This document shows positions 48,988 through 60,985 of a DNA stretch of 64,000 bases, one piece after another. Source of the DNA: Raillietiella orientalis. Its lineage: Eukaryota. Below the pieces are notes generated by a model. The model was given only the letters and a program-made list of their open reading frames with translations, did no database searches and was not told the DNA's origin. Within the stretch, counting starts at the first letter, position 1; each line of letters opens with the position of its first letter. The DNA lies in NCBI GenBank assembly GCA_036172245.1, contig JAYWIR010000005.1, forward strand, positions 3,410,001-3,474,000. Reading direction: 5' to 3'. A program made the translations under genes and the position numbers.

Positions 48988-50814
48988 CAGAGGTGGAAGT
49001 AGTGGGCGTTCACATGAGCGGGAAGTGCGCGTTTACGCACTTTTCCAATGCATGCAGGAGCGACTTTTTCGTAAAGAGTCACGAAAATCTGCTGCTTTCA
49101 CTGATGGAAGAAAGCAGCAACGGACGTTAAAGTATTCTCTATGACAAATGCATGCCTCATGAGAAGGACGGTACAGCCATTGGAGCGAAGGAGATTCTTT
49201 GTTTTCAATGAGAGGTGCAGGTAGCTGAAACAAAATAACTTGTATGTCGTTTTCAGTGTTATCCTTTCAAACTGTCATATTTGAATGCGTCGGCGAGTGA
49301 TGGGCGATGTATGACATTTCTGAAGTGGTATCGCATATGGTAAGGACACCAAACATGCAATGCAGCGCAGCCAATTCTTACTTCAATTTGTACTTATTCT
49401 TACGATGGCTGTTGTGTTCCGTGTATGCGAGCTGAATTGTGTTTTTGCCCTTCGTCAAACCTTTTCCTGCTTGCTTAATCTTCTTTTTTTTATTTTTGGT
49501 AAGGTTTTCCTTGCCCTACCTCTTGCTTTCTCATTTTCTTATCTTCAGCTTGTCGAATGACGTCTTGATTTTCTCTTTGATAAGTTTTCCGCATGCGGTG
49601 ACCCCCATCTTGGTTTTCAGTCATCTTCTCAGAACTGCTGGCGTTTTCAAGATTGGATGCTGCATCTCGTCGGTTGTTTGCTCATTCGGACCACTGCAGG
49701 TGGTTTTCACGCTCGAGCTTTAAATACCCCGGAATTGTGCAGACATTCCGTGGATGGCTGCATTTGTTGCAGAGTGCAGTTGGACATGCATCCACTGTCT
49801 GTGTGAGATTGCTGCGTACAAGACAAAAGTGAAGACTGCTTCCTACGCATGACTGGAAAGTCGTGCGAGTAGGTCTCCAGTGGCGTGATGGGTAGTGGCA
49901 TATGGTTTGATCTTGACAAGCGCCTCACCCGAGGTGTTCCCGAGCAAGTATCCCGTTTGCTCCGATTTCCACGCAAGCAGAGGGTTTCTCGGACGGTGTT
50001 TTGGTCCATCTGACAGCTGAAGCGTAGAAGCGGGCCGTCGTCGCAGATCTTTCATTCATTTTCTTCAGCAGGCAACCGCTTAGGGAGTTACCGTCAACGA
50101 CAGGACCATCGAGCATTCTGGTATGATCACAGTCTGCTTAAATGGTGAGTGTACGTGCAAGCGGGAATATCCTTCCCAACCCCCTCCAAACACACAGTTT
50201 CTTCATAATGATACACGTACACGTCTCGCACTGCAGTGCTTTCGCGCCCCATTCGGGATAACTTCGGGCTTTTAACCGAGGCTCGTTTCCAATTTCTTTC
50301 ATTCACGTTCTCAATTGCTAGGTGACGTGCCTTTGTCCTCAGAACGCGACCGTTGACCGCATTTGGCGCAGCTACGGCCACCGTCGCGTAGAACGCTGTG
50401 TCCTGCTGCTGCAGGCCTGTTTCCAGGCCCAACCATATGGTATGAGGCTTTGGCTGGCTCATCTCTTTCGCAGCACTGGGCTGTCCCACTCTGCGCGTGC
50501 GTCTGATGAAGCCCTCTGCATTGAACAGGCACTGCCCATTCCTTACTACATGGAAGAGTAGAGGACGTAAAGTTCACCGAGTTTTAGTGCCGAAAACACT
50601 AGAAGAACCGCCCTCAAATACATTTTAGTAGTTTGCCAGTCTAAACCTAAATACTACGCTTCCCAGCAATGAGGTTTAAGACCATTGCAGCTGTCAGCCT
50701 TTGTGCAACGACCGAGCAATACTCTGGAGCACTCGGGCGTGATCGGCATCTCGAAACCAAGGTCCAGAGACCACATCCTACGAAAGGATGCTTCACAATA
50801 CGAGATCCGAAATG

Positions 50815-51633
50815 CCTTTTTTTTTCTAAAGCCTGCGTGACGAAGTCATGGCGAGGCTTATACTAAGTGCACGAAATTCACAGTAAGAATCCTCGACTAT
50901 GAATTCCATCGTATACTCAAAATAGTAAGCCGCGTACACAACCCATTTCTTCATTCCCACTCGTTTATAATTTGTGCCACCGTTCGGATGTTGGCTAAAT
51001 GATGAACAGTACAGTCAATTACGTCTACTGCGGCATACATTGTCGCTGTAGAACCAGTCAGATGCAGCATCTCGTGCTGAACGCGTGGATCACATACACA
51101 CATAACGTCCTGTTCTTTCATTTACAAAACACAGGTGATCAGTTTTTTTGCTGCCTAGTAAGCTGATTCCACATTCCTTGGGAATCCCCTTTTTTCATAT
51201 CCCCAAAGTCTTCCTCTACTCCGGGATTTGTCGCAGCAACATATCCTCACACCGTACAACTTTACATACTCAAACATACTCGAAATTGCAGTTTGTTTCC
51301 GCAATCCAAGCAACGTACTCACCGTGCGCTAATGCAAATCGGTATCATACACAAAGCAACCAACCTTCACAGCCGACAAGCCACAACTCTTGACTAACAG
51401 TATCAGCACCCTCCGTAAAAGCAAAATCGCTACACCTAATAGGCGCACCAGAACACAACACCTTCCCAATCCAAGAGGAAGCACGTCCCAAATTACCACC
51501 ATCATTAACGCCTCCTCATAGAATTTCCCTCACGGTAATCATCACGACAATGCAATACACGACGTCTACGACGAAGTTCACGTAAAGAAACATTTCTGAG
51601 AACAGCAAAAACCACTTGGATAGTGCGCAGGGT
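50815..51633 (-). pseudogene. cap: Second, partial CRESS virus copy: capsid remnant plus left arm of the origin
   Basis: Homologous to 23160-24231; SLRELRRRRRVLHCRDDYREGNSMRRR; SSMFEYVKLYGVRI. No rep follows. Confidence 0.65.
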
Positions 51634-51860
51634 CTTCGCCCGGGAAAAGCATATGTCTGTTCCGGGCTGATGAAAGCATTTGCAACCCGTCCCAGGTGCT
51701 CTGCCCAAACCTTAGCTATCAACTTGGCTTCCGCATTCACTATTGTGATGGGACGCCAGTTGTTCATGCTCCTAAGGTCTCCTCCCTTAGGGGATGTGGC
51801 GTCCGACGAGCTCCGTTCCCAGCGCTTAGCGTTTTCCCTGACGACCAAGCTGCGCATTTA
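51634..51860 (-). mobile_element. LINE RT N-terminal fragment
   Basis: PKGGDLRSMNNWRPITIVNAEAKLIAKVWAEHL...ISPEQTYAFPGR (ORF 51516-51857). Confidence 0.85.
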
Positions 51861-54800
51861 CGGAACAAGGAAGAAGCAATTCCAAAACAAACGGGATTCC
51901 AAATCATTTCGGGTGACTTCGAAGGAACACAAGAAACGCAGCATCCTGATTGGAGAGAAGAAGAATGTTTCCGATAGTCCGCACGTCTTTTTGTGTATCA
52001 CTTTGCCGAGCACAGGCAGGAACTTGACCCATGCACGGCTTGAGACTCTCCTCACTGCACTAGGGAGCTTGAGTGACGTCACGTCGGCAGCAGCGTATCT
52101 GCTCCGCAACGAATTCCGTTGCCTAACAACAGAGATCCGTTTTCGCGGGAGGCCAGATAACCTGGACAGGAACATCGTCTCCGCCCTATACCGGCGCAAA
52201 CGGGGATCGCCCCGGGAGCCACCCCTCGCCCCGAGGGCGCTCCTGGATGCAGAACAGTGTTGCCCTTCCTTCCACCACCGAAATACCGAGTTGCCCTCTG
52301 CGTGCCAAGGGGAGCGGTGTGTAAAGTCGGTACCCTCGCCTCCCCAACTTTGGAATCTCCCGTCCTGGATCGGTATGTGAGTTTGTGTCGTTCCGTGTTT
52401 GCATCGGCCAGCAACCGTCAGAATGGATTCAAAAAGCAATTTTTTGTTCTGAAAAAATGTGTCGATGAGAGCATTTTCTAGACACAATTTTCATCTCGTT
52501 ATTTGGATGGAGCGAGGAAACAGCGTGAGGATTTTACGTACACATCTGCCGCGGATTTCATCCTTTGTTTTGGATTCGGAAACATCGGAAAGGTTTTTCA
52601 TTGAAAGGCTTTTGCGCTGTCCACCTGGACGCATCTCTCTGACCACCAGTCGTTCTCACAAAGTGACCTCGTCCCAAATCTTCGACGGGTGAATAGTGCG
52701 ATTTGCGGATATGAGAATTGGGTAGTTTGACAACTCGAGGATTCCATTCGCTTCCCGCAGCAGCAGCATCCTCACCGAAAGCGTCTGCTGTTTTTCTTGT
52801 GTACGCAACTTTGGTGGAGTCCATGTGCCCACTGCATCTGCACGCTCGTGGGTTCAGCTGATGTTTGAGTGACATCGATCACAGTTGGGAGGTGTGATGT
52901 AAGTCCAGCTAATCGATGAAGAACCAAATGCCATCCTTCCCTTCTCAAACGCATCTCTGTCTCTCATTCTATAAGAATAAAGATACTGTTTCGATTTTCA
53001 ATGTTTCCTAGAATTGGTTGTCTTCCTCATCGTGATTTCAACTGTTCCATAAAAAGTGAGTGATGTTCTGCCCATTTCTGGAAAGAAAGCAAAAGCGAAA
53101 CTGAAGCGACAGCAAAACTTTTGGGAAAATTATCCAAACTGACTGGAAGAACCTCTAAGAACTCGAAAGGCGGTATGAACTCAAATTGACATTAGCAGTT
53201 GAATTCAAGCTGTTGCTGTGTAGAGAAAAATGTGCTATAAGGCGTCTGCTTCATATGTTCAGTGAAGGCAATGCGAGCAACCGATGAAGAAGCAGAACTC
53301 CTGTGAGAACACGTCTTCATCAAGCTTCATTTCCTAGCAAGATTTCACAAGGGAAGCACTCGTTCTTCAATTTCTTTGAATGGAAACTCCACAATGATCT
53401 TCAATGCTCTCTCAGATGAAGAGTAATTAATCTTCCACATGGCATCTTTCATGGTCAGTTGCTCACGAAGCGGAAAATGTAATCACAGTATGTGATTCCA
53501 TGTTGTGAATTAAAAATCCTAGAATTACTGAATGGATGCACTTTTCCTGTTGTGGACAAAGCTTCCGTGTGACCTTTCCTTTTGAAACAATTCTCAATGT
53601 CCGTGGTAGCCATATTTGCTTCTTCAAAAATCACCAGCAAGGATTGGCAAGGACTACGCTGAGTGTTACCAACAACTTCCCCAATGCTCCTGTTTCTTTC
53701 TGTTCTCGTCTCCGTGCCTATTAAAAATTTCAAGGAAGCCTTTGCTTCATGGCAGAATTACGTCGTCTCGTGGCTTCCTTCTCATAGGAAGGGCACCATT
53801 CACTATGATGGAGAATCCGAGGTTTTCGAAAGCTTCAGCAGCACACTCACTTCATCCTTGGTAGTCATAGCCTTTCTACAGACCCAGGTTCTGACTAGCC
53901 TCGTGAGCTTCAGTTGGCAAGCTCTTATTTATGCTGTTTTGCTTTATTTTTTTTATTTTTCAGCTTCCATGTTTAACATTATAAAAGCAAGAGAAAGAGA
54001 TATCTTAAAGAACAGCGAATGAAACTCCTGTTTTATTCAATCACTAGTGCAGAAAAGTTTTCGTTGTCCGTCTCAAGCTTCCAGGGAAGTTTTTACTGGT
54101 CTTTTTTCCAGCTTGCTGCATCACTCCTAATTGGTGATAATGCGCCTGATTAGGAGCGGAAGCAGATGGCAGCAAAGCGAGTACTGCAGGATTTTTGCGG
54201 AGTATGGAAACATTTCCCTCTGGATCAGTCCAGTTACGTTTATCGCCATCTCTTCCCAGCTTGCATATTCCTTTACATGTTATTGGTCTGCACTTTTGAA
54301 GAGAACACATTGCAAAGGTTGGCACTGATTTCCCGTAAAAGGGAGTTGAAATTCGATGACCAGTTCAGAGATGCCAAGAAAGTGTATCGTTTGAGAGGCC
54401 CTCTCGAAAAGAAATGCATCCTCACAGAGATTTGTTCGAAGCAGAAGGCAGAAAGAAATGCTTGTTCTGAAAAGGAAAAGATAGCTGAATAGCCTTTCGA
54501 AAGGAAGGGATGCGAAGTGAGGTTATGAAAAGTTCAACTGGAATGAAAAATAACTACCTGGATGAGTGCATTCCTAATGACAACCTGAAGGTGGGACAAG
54601 AGGAACAAGAAGAATTGGATTTTTTTTTCACAATAACGAAGCCATTCTCTGCTTTATAGCTATTCCACTGGTTGTCTTCATGAATGCTCGAGATTCAAAA
54701 AGAAGGCAAATGTTGTCCATTCAACCAGAAGTTCCGTTCCCATGCAGTGAACGAGCACTCTGCTGAAAGTGGGCACAGCAGGGAGGGCGGGTTCATAAAA

Positions 54801-55199
54801 AAGCAACTGTTGCGATCGAAAGCTCGGAAATTGGAACGAAACGCGAAAGAATGCTCACCATCGAGAGTGAGGACAACGTGTGTCCGCAAGAGACCCAGGA
54901 GACGGGAGAACAGAGCTTTTGCGAAGTCGAAGTGGGCAGCTGGAGTCCGAGCTGTTTTTGAGCCAGGGAGACAGGCAGACCAAGAACGTTTAGATCATCG
55001 TCCCGATCTTCATCCGACATTTGCTGGGTTGGTTGGGGTTCTGGCTTCAGGTTTCACCCTTCTTTTTTCTCTCTCTTCAGTTTTTCTTTTCCCGCACAAT
55101 TCCCGAGAGCTTTCTGCGCTGCAGGCGGAGACGAAGTGGCGCATCCAGGCATGCTCTTCCGGAATGCCAGTTCTCACAACACAATTAACACTAAACACT

Positions 55200-55900
55200 G
55201 GGCACCGCTCTTTCAGGTGCCCCGCGGCATCACAGCGACCACAGTCATTGCACTTCCCCGTGCACTAAACATCGTTGCGGATCTAACGTTTGTGGGGAAA
55301 CCCACCGTTCTCGTGCACTCTGACACGCGCTGCGACCATCCCACTGAAAAGCTTTCCGCAACACTCAAATATAGTGGGATTGGATCATAGCGCGTGTACA
55401 CTGCAATATTTCTCATGCAGCTCCGCATGCACTGCAGTTTTCTGCGTGAGGACTGTAATTCCTGTGCGGTGGTCCACAGACGAGCGGTCCTCCGTCGCAG
55501 GACAGTTCCTGCGTCCATCCACAGTAAGGGGGGTATTTTGCCGGCTCCGGGCTAGACTTGCGTCCTTGCAAGTAAGCTCCACGCTCTGCCCTCCGCTCAC
55601 GATGGAAGAATCTTCAAGCTCTTCCTCACGAATCTTGAGCCTCTGAAGCACCTTCGATCAGGAACGTGCAGTGTTACCCCCGGAAGGCAACTTATCTTAC
55701 ATATTGAGGAAGACTTATAGCCACTGACCTTTTACGCATTCTGTTCTGGTATGGCTGCTGCAGTGGGTTCAGCTGTCTCGACGATCCAAGTCCTTGTCGT
55801 TGGCGCGGATGTTTCCGTGCGAGCAATTGCCTCAACTCCGTAGGTTGGGGAGAGAAACCTGCCTCTTCCTCGCTTACCTCCATCTTGGTATCCTCAGGCA
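55200..55900 (-). mobile_element. Probable gag-like ORF1 remnant with a CCHC zinc knuckle
   Basis: CGRCDAAGHLKERC (C-X2-C-X4-H-X4-C) on the minus strand at 55243-55202; the upstream extent is inferred. Confidence 0.5.
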
Positions 55901-55989
55901 TGGCTGCGATAAAACTCCGACGATGCACCACAGCAAAACACGCACGAAAGGGAGTCACCCGACGATCGCCGACGGAGAGCGACAAAAAC

Positions 55990-57975
55990 ACGTACACTCG
56001 ACGCCAGGTATGGAGAAGGTGTCCGTAACGAGAGAACGCACCTGCGGACCCGCGGTCACAGCGAAGCATCCGACATCCGAGAACTGGCGGAGTACAAAGC
56101 AGGATCCGAGAAGCAAGACAGGCACTCTGCTAGCTTGCTGCGAGACGAGGGCCGAGTACACTCGGTTCTCGCGCAGGTAAAAGTTATGCTTCGCAAGTTC
56201 TTCTCCACTCTGTACGCGAGAACACCTTCCGAGCGGTATTTCTCTCCCGAATGGTGCTTCGAAGATCGTGAGGAGCGTAGGAGAAGCCTGGACGAGCCAT
56301 TCTCGGCCGGTGAGATCATCACCGCGATAGGGAAGCCCAAGAGGCGCTGAGCGCCCAAGGAAGACGGCCTGTTTGCGGAGCTCTTCCTACGCTGTGCATC
56401 TTTTTTTCCTTTTTTTTTACCTGCACACTTTACAGATCATCATTGAGTTGGTTTAGTGTCAATTTCCAAGATGCTGGAAGACTTCTCTAGTTCTATTACT
56501 CGAAAATTCCTTCGAAATGAAAAACATTGACCTCCTCCGAGTTTGCAAGTTGACACGGGTCGTAGCTTCCTTTGAACGATAATGTTTTACACCACGGAGT
56601 CCTTACACATTAACATTCAACATTCATAAAGGGTGTCCGCCAGATGAATCCGGTGAAGGTTCTTTGTCCGTACCTGTCACACTTTAACGGGGATAACCGG
56701 GGAATGGAAATCGCCTCCTCCCTGGTTGACTCTGAAATGAACCCTCAAGGGAATCCACTCCCTAATTCTCTCTGGAGGGACATCTGAGGGGTCCGCACCC
56801 CTTTTGTCTTCTCCGAAGGGAAACGGGGGAAGATCAGCTAGTAAATTTCTTCTCCGTAGCAGACCCACAAAGGAACTGGTCCCGTTTCCTCCTTATCTGA
56901 AGAGAACCCCGCTTGAGCGCTTATGCACTTATCCAGAAGAGCGCTGCTTCCCGGAAGGGATCCAGTCACTTCTCTGGACTCTCTGGAGAAGTGGCGAATC
57001 CTAATTCAGAGAGAACCTGGATGACCTCGCGAAGAATGCTTTGACAAGCAGAGCCTTTCTCGTCGCAAGCCGCTCTCTGTTAGGAAGAATATAGACAGCA
57101 GCCTCACGTCTAGCTAAGTTACTGTGCAAACCACCGGAACAAGGAAAGGGCGGGGCGAATGGATAACGGAACTGCTTACAAACGCTGGGTCCGCGGTCGC
57201 TCGAAAGGACCTCGGACTCTTGCACCGGGGCGTGCTACTAGGTATTCCGGAGATAGACCTGTAGTGGCCCCCGGCGCTCATGAATTCCCGCACTAAAGTG
57301 TCATCATTCGGCGCGGCTGCTGCTGCACTTAGGTCTCCCGGGCAACGCCCGCTGACATCATCGGACACAGTTGTGTGTGGACCCACACTGTAAAAGGTGC
57401 GAGGAGCGGGAATCCTTTCCCCAGCTCCTATAGGAAGAGTTGCCCTGCGGCCCCTTTGGAGGCGCTTCGCTTCACCCAAGGATCTCCCGGCGGCAACGCT
57501 AGAGACGCTGTAGAGGGCCTCTTCCTGACCGCCGCCCTCACACCGGCCGCATCCCCAGAAGCACTTTGCTGCCTACGCGGGATCACAGAGGAACGCCTGA
57601 GGTGGCCAGGACAACAGGAACGCCATCTATTCAACTGCACTCTGGATGAGGACAGCGTCAAACTGATCGCTCCTGGGAGTCCTGAAACAGGAACTTGCAG
57701 GCATCCGTACGAGGATGCAGAGGACACTCTCCAGAACACAGTGATCGCTTTCCGAATCGCTTCTTCATTTTTCTCACTGTATGCTTTCTGTTTTATTCTT
57801 CCTTTGGTTTGTCTCCCCTTCCCCTGTGCTGCCGAGGCGAAGCCCGCCGACCTGCGCATCAGCTTCCGGCCGGTTCCCCCTCGTGGTTACAAGTTACGTT
57901 GCAGAACCCAATGTCCCGTCATAGACGTGTATCTGAATTTTATCATAAATAAACTATCCGGCGTGAGGACAGGGT
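55990..57975 (+). mobile_element. L1/Tx1-like LINE ORF2 remnants (pre-RT linker ~55990-56400; 3' end ~56640-57975)
   Basis: RKFFSTLY...LDEPFSAGEIITAIGK...DGLFAELF; later DPHCKRCEERESFP and FLTAALTPAASPEALCCLRGI (homologous to 12133-12759); AATAAAC at 57948-57954. Confidence 0.8.
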
Positions 57976-58419
57976 GTTTACCAATTTTGCACCGAAGCGC
58001 GCTCCCGACTGGATCAGGCGCAGGAACCTCAGGTCTCTCCGAAGCCGACTTCAGCTCGCGTTCTGCGACGCGAGTCTCTCGACAGTGACTAGCAGCCCGA
58101 TCAGGTAGATCGCTCCGAAGATGAGGTATAGCAGCAGCTTCCTGTTCTTGTCACTTCCAACGAGGTGCATATCGGGGGCGGGGGTGGGGGTCTAGTGGGG
58201 TGGGGACCGTAACAAAGAGCAGTCGGTCGTCTCTCCAGTTGCGAGCCAGTCGCCGAAGCCGGACGCGAGGTGGTGGCTGAAGGAGGGTGGCACCATAACC
58301 TTTTCTCGCGGATCGGGAAAACAAGAAAAAGCGAAAGGTGGGAAGAAGGGTGGGGGAGCGGGAGGGAGTGGGAGAGAAAAGACGTTCAACGCGTCGAGAT
58401 TACGAGTCACCCGGTGGCA

Positions 58420-58920
58420 TGGCGGCAAGAAGTCGCGTCCGACACTTTCAAGAGTGGCTCCTCACTTCACACTAGGCTCAGATTGGGGGGTCGGATGGTT
58501 CCCGCACAATTGGTTTGGGGCCCGACGATCGGACAATTTCGAAGGACCCACATGCCACTCGCGAAAGGAAGGCCCTCTCCATGGAGATCGATCCCAATCG
58601 TGTCCAGGAGCCTGCGCAGTGCGGCGTGCTTGTAGACGGACAGGCCTCGTCTCCAGAAAAAAGGAAGAACAATCATCCAGCTATCGCGTTCTTTGCAGCG
58701 CGGAAATTCGGAGCGACGGAGCTTTTGAATCGTGCGCGAGGATGGTACGTGTACGTCGCCTTCCGTACTTGACCGAGGGGGAGAGAAAAAATCTCGCTTT
58801 TTCTCTGGAGAGACCTGGAAGCGGGGACTCGCGAAAGAGGGAAAGCGCGTGCGCCTTCTGAGCCCGTACAGTGCGTAGTGCACCCCTCAGGAGCGACACG
58901 GGTACGCAGCAGCAGCACGA
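58420..58920 (+). mobile_element. Possible decayed LINE post-RT fragment
   Basis: Weak similarity to the region following YLG in the 13695-14822 ORF (...FLWRDL...RVRLL...). Confidence 0.3.
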
Positions 58921-60985
58921 AACCACGGGTTTCGGCTTTTCCTTCTCTTCAGAATGAGAATCTTCTCCAGCGACTTCGAAAGATTCATTTGCGCGGATGG
59001 CGATAGAAGAGCTTTCCCTTCCGCGCTGTAAAGCCTATCAGCACAGCTGTGACGTCATAGGGACGGCACGCGATTATTAGGTATGGCTATACACAGAGGG
59101 GAAAAAAATCTCCACATGTATGTGATCATGTATTTTTTGCTCCTCACACAACGGTATGCGTCATACGTACGACACGAATATAAAGGCAAAAAAGGGAAAA
59201 ACGAGCAATCCCGTGAAAACGAGCAATAACATATGAGGAAGATGATGATGCTGACGAATAGGAATGCATCAACACGGCTAGAGTTCATTGAAGACCTGTC
59301 AAGATGGGTGATGCCATCTACGACCTGAGCACCTTCTTCTGGGGTGTTCCTCACGTCCAGAGCGCCGAGTGCGCGTGGAGAAAGTCGCCATCCACTACAG
59401 TGTTGTGATCTGGAATCCACGTGAGGAAAACGGAGTCTCTCCAGGTGTTCGCGCGAAGTGTAGATGGAAACGCTGGCGTGTTTGCTGCACATACGTCCCG
59501 TCTTGTTCGGACAGTGGAAGGAAGGTCTCCGTTGTAGGCATTCTGGTGGAAGAGTCGAAAACGGCGGAGGGAAGCGAAGGAAATCCCGGTGTCTGCATGC
59601 ATCGATGGTGTGAAAAAAGCGTGCGTCACTTTATGGTTTGTGTCTGTGTGTGTTTTTCAGAAAAAGCAATTCTATTCTCACCACAATTCTATGAGATTAT
59701 GGAAACTTTCACAAATGTGTGTCAGAGGTATCAGAAACGACAATGGACGTCCCAAATGTAGGACGTTCCAAGACGTCCTACTTGAAATGCACCCGTAAAG
59801 AACAGCATTTTTTTTTAAAAAACAAAAAATCCAGTCTTCAGATTTCAGAGGAATTTTCGATGAGACAGTGAGGCGACGATGGATCTGAAGTCTCCATTCG
59901 GCAAACGAAACCCAAGTTCCCGCTTCCTGAGTATGCAGCCATGTTTGTTCGCTTATGTATGGGAATGCAGGTCATTTGGAAGGAAGAAATTGAGGAAATT
60001 CAAAAGCAGCGGGCTTGGCAGCAGACGACTTGCCATCCAGGTGTAATGTTTTCCGGATGTTTGGGAGAAATTCCCTGCGCATCATCCATCTCAAAACAAG
60101 GACTGTTATGCCGGGAAAGTCTCATGCTTCCCACAATATTCTTTCGCACAGTTTCCGAGGGGAGGATAGAGGACAGCTAGCAGCGCGTTCTTCGTGGAAG
60201 TGACGTCAAAGACAGGATGGAGTGGGTTCTTTCGAAAAGAAGCGCCCATGAAACGAATTTTTCAGTTTCTTGGAAAATTCCATGGTTGCAGTTTTGCTCA
60301 CTGTTATAAAGGCGTTCGTTTGCGGGACACGGTGAACATTTTGCCTAATATGCCAAGTAGATACCAAAGCCCTTTTAGGCTCACATGAATTCAATAGTAT
60401 CCTACTAGTAATTCAGCGCAATAATTATTTCTTCAGAAATGCTTGGATGGACTTTCGCGGAAATCCGTGAAGCCCATTCTACACTAACATGAACGGTTGG
60501 AAAAATTCGGCTGGAACTGACCTTTCTTTTACCTCTTTTCCCTCTTCTCAGATAGATGTTTACGGATGAAGTCAGCTGAATTAGTAATGATTGGAGGGAA
60601 GAGACAATGAAGTCATCACTTGCATGTTCTTCTGGTTTATTTTTCCAGCGAAAATCATTTCGATTGTATTTATACTGAGTACAAGAAGTATCTGTATCTA
60701 GTCATAGCCGGAGGAAGAATGACAAATTGAATCTTGTCATCTGCCAGCTCGTTTCTTCTTCAGGGCGATACTTTCTTTAACGCACTGTTTCGAGCTATGC
60801 ATTGGAGTCCACGCGAAAACCACTTTTCTTTCATAATCCTCAAGATTTCAACCCCTTTCTCTTCAAACTAACAGAATGGATGAAGTTCTTGAAGCCTCGT
60901 GGATCGTACATAGAACTGTACCCGTCGGATCCCTTCACATGAGACAATGAAAACTGCAGAGTTTCTGCGAAATCTCCGAGGAAGG

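Larger units (their letters stand above)
45140..51633 (+). repeat. Segmental duplication B, copy 2, interrupted by a LINE (47489-48987) and ~0.8 kb of unrelated sequence (~49140-49900)
   Basis: Collinear homology to 19490-24231. Confidence 0.9.

Noticed and set aside
59700..60400. 9-bp hairpin at 59758-59781 and a THAP-like LPTIF motif
   Set aside because: The C2CH residues of THAP cannot be recovered and the hairpin has no supporting context.
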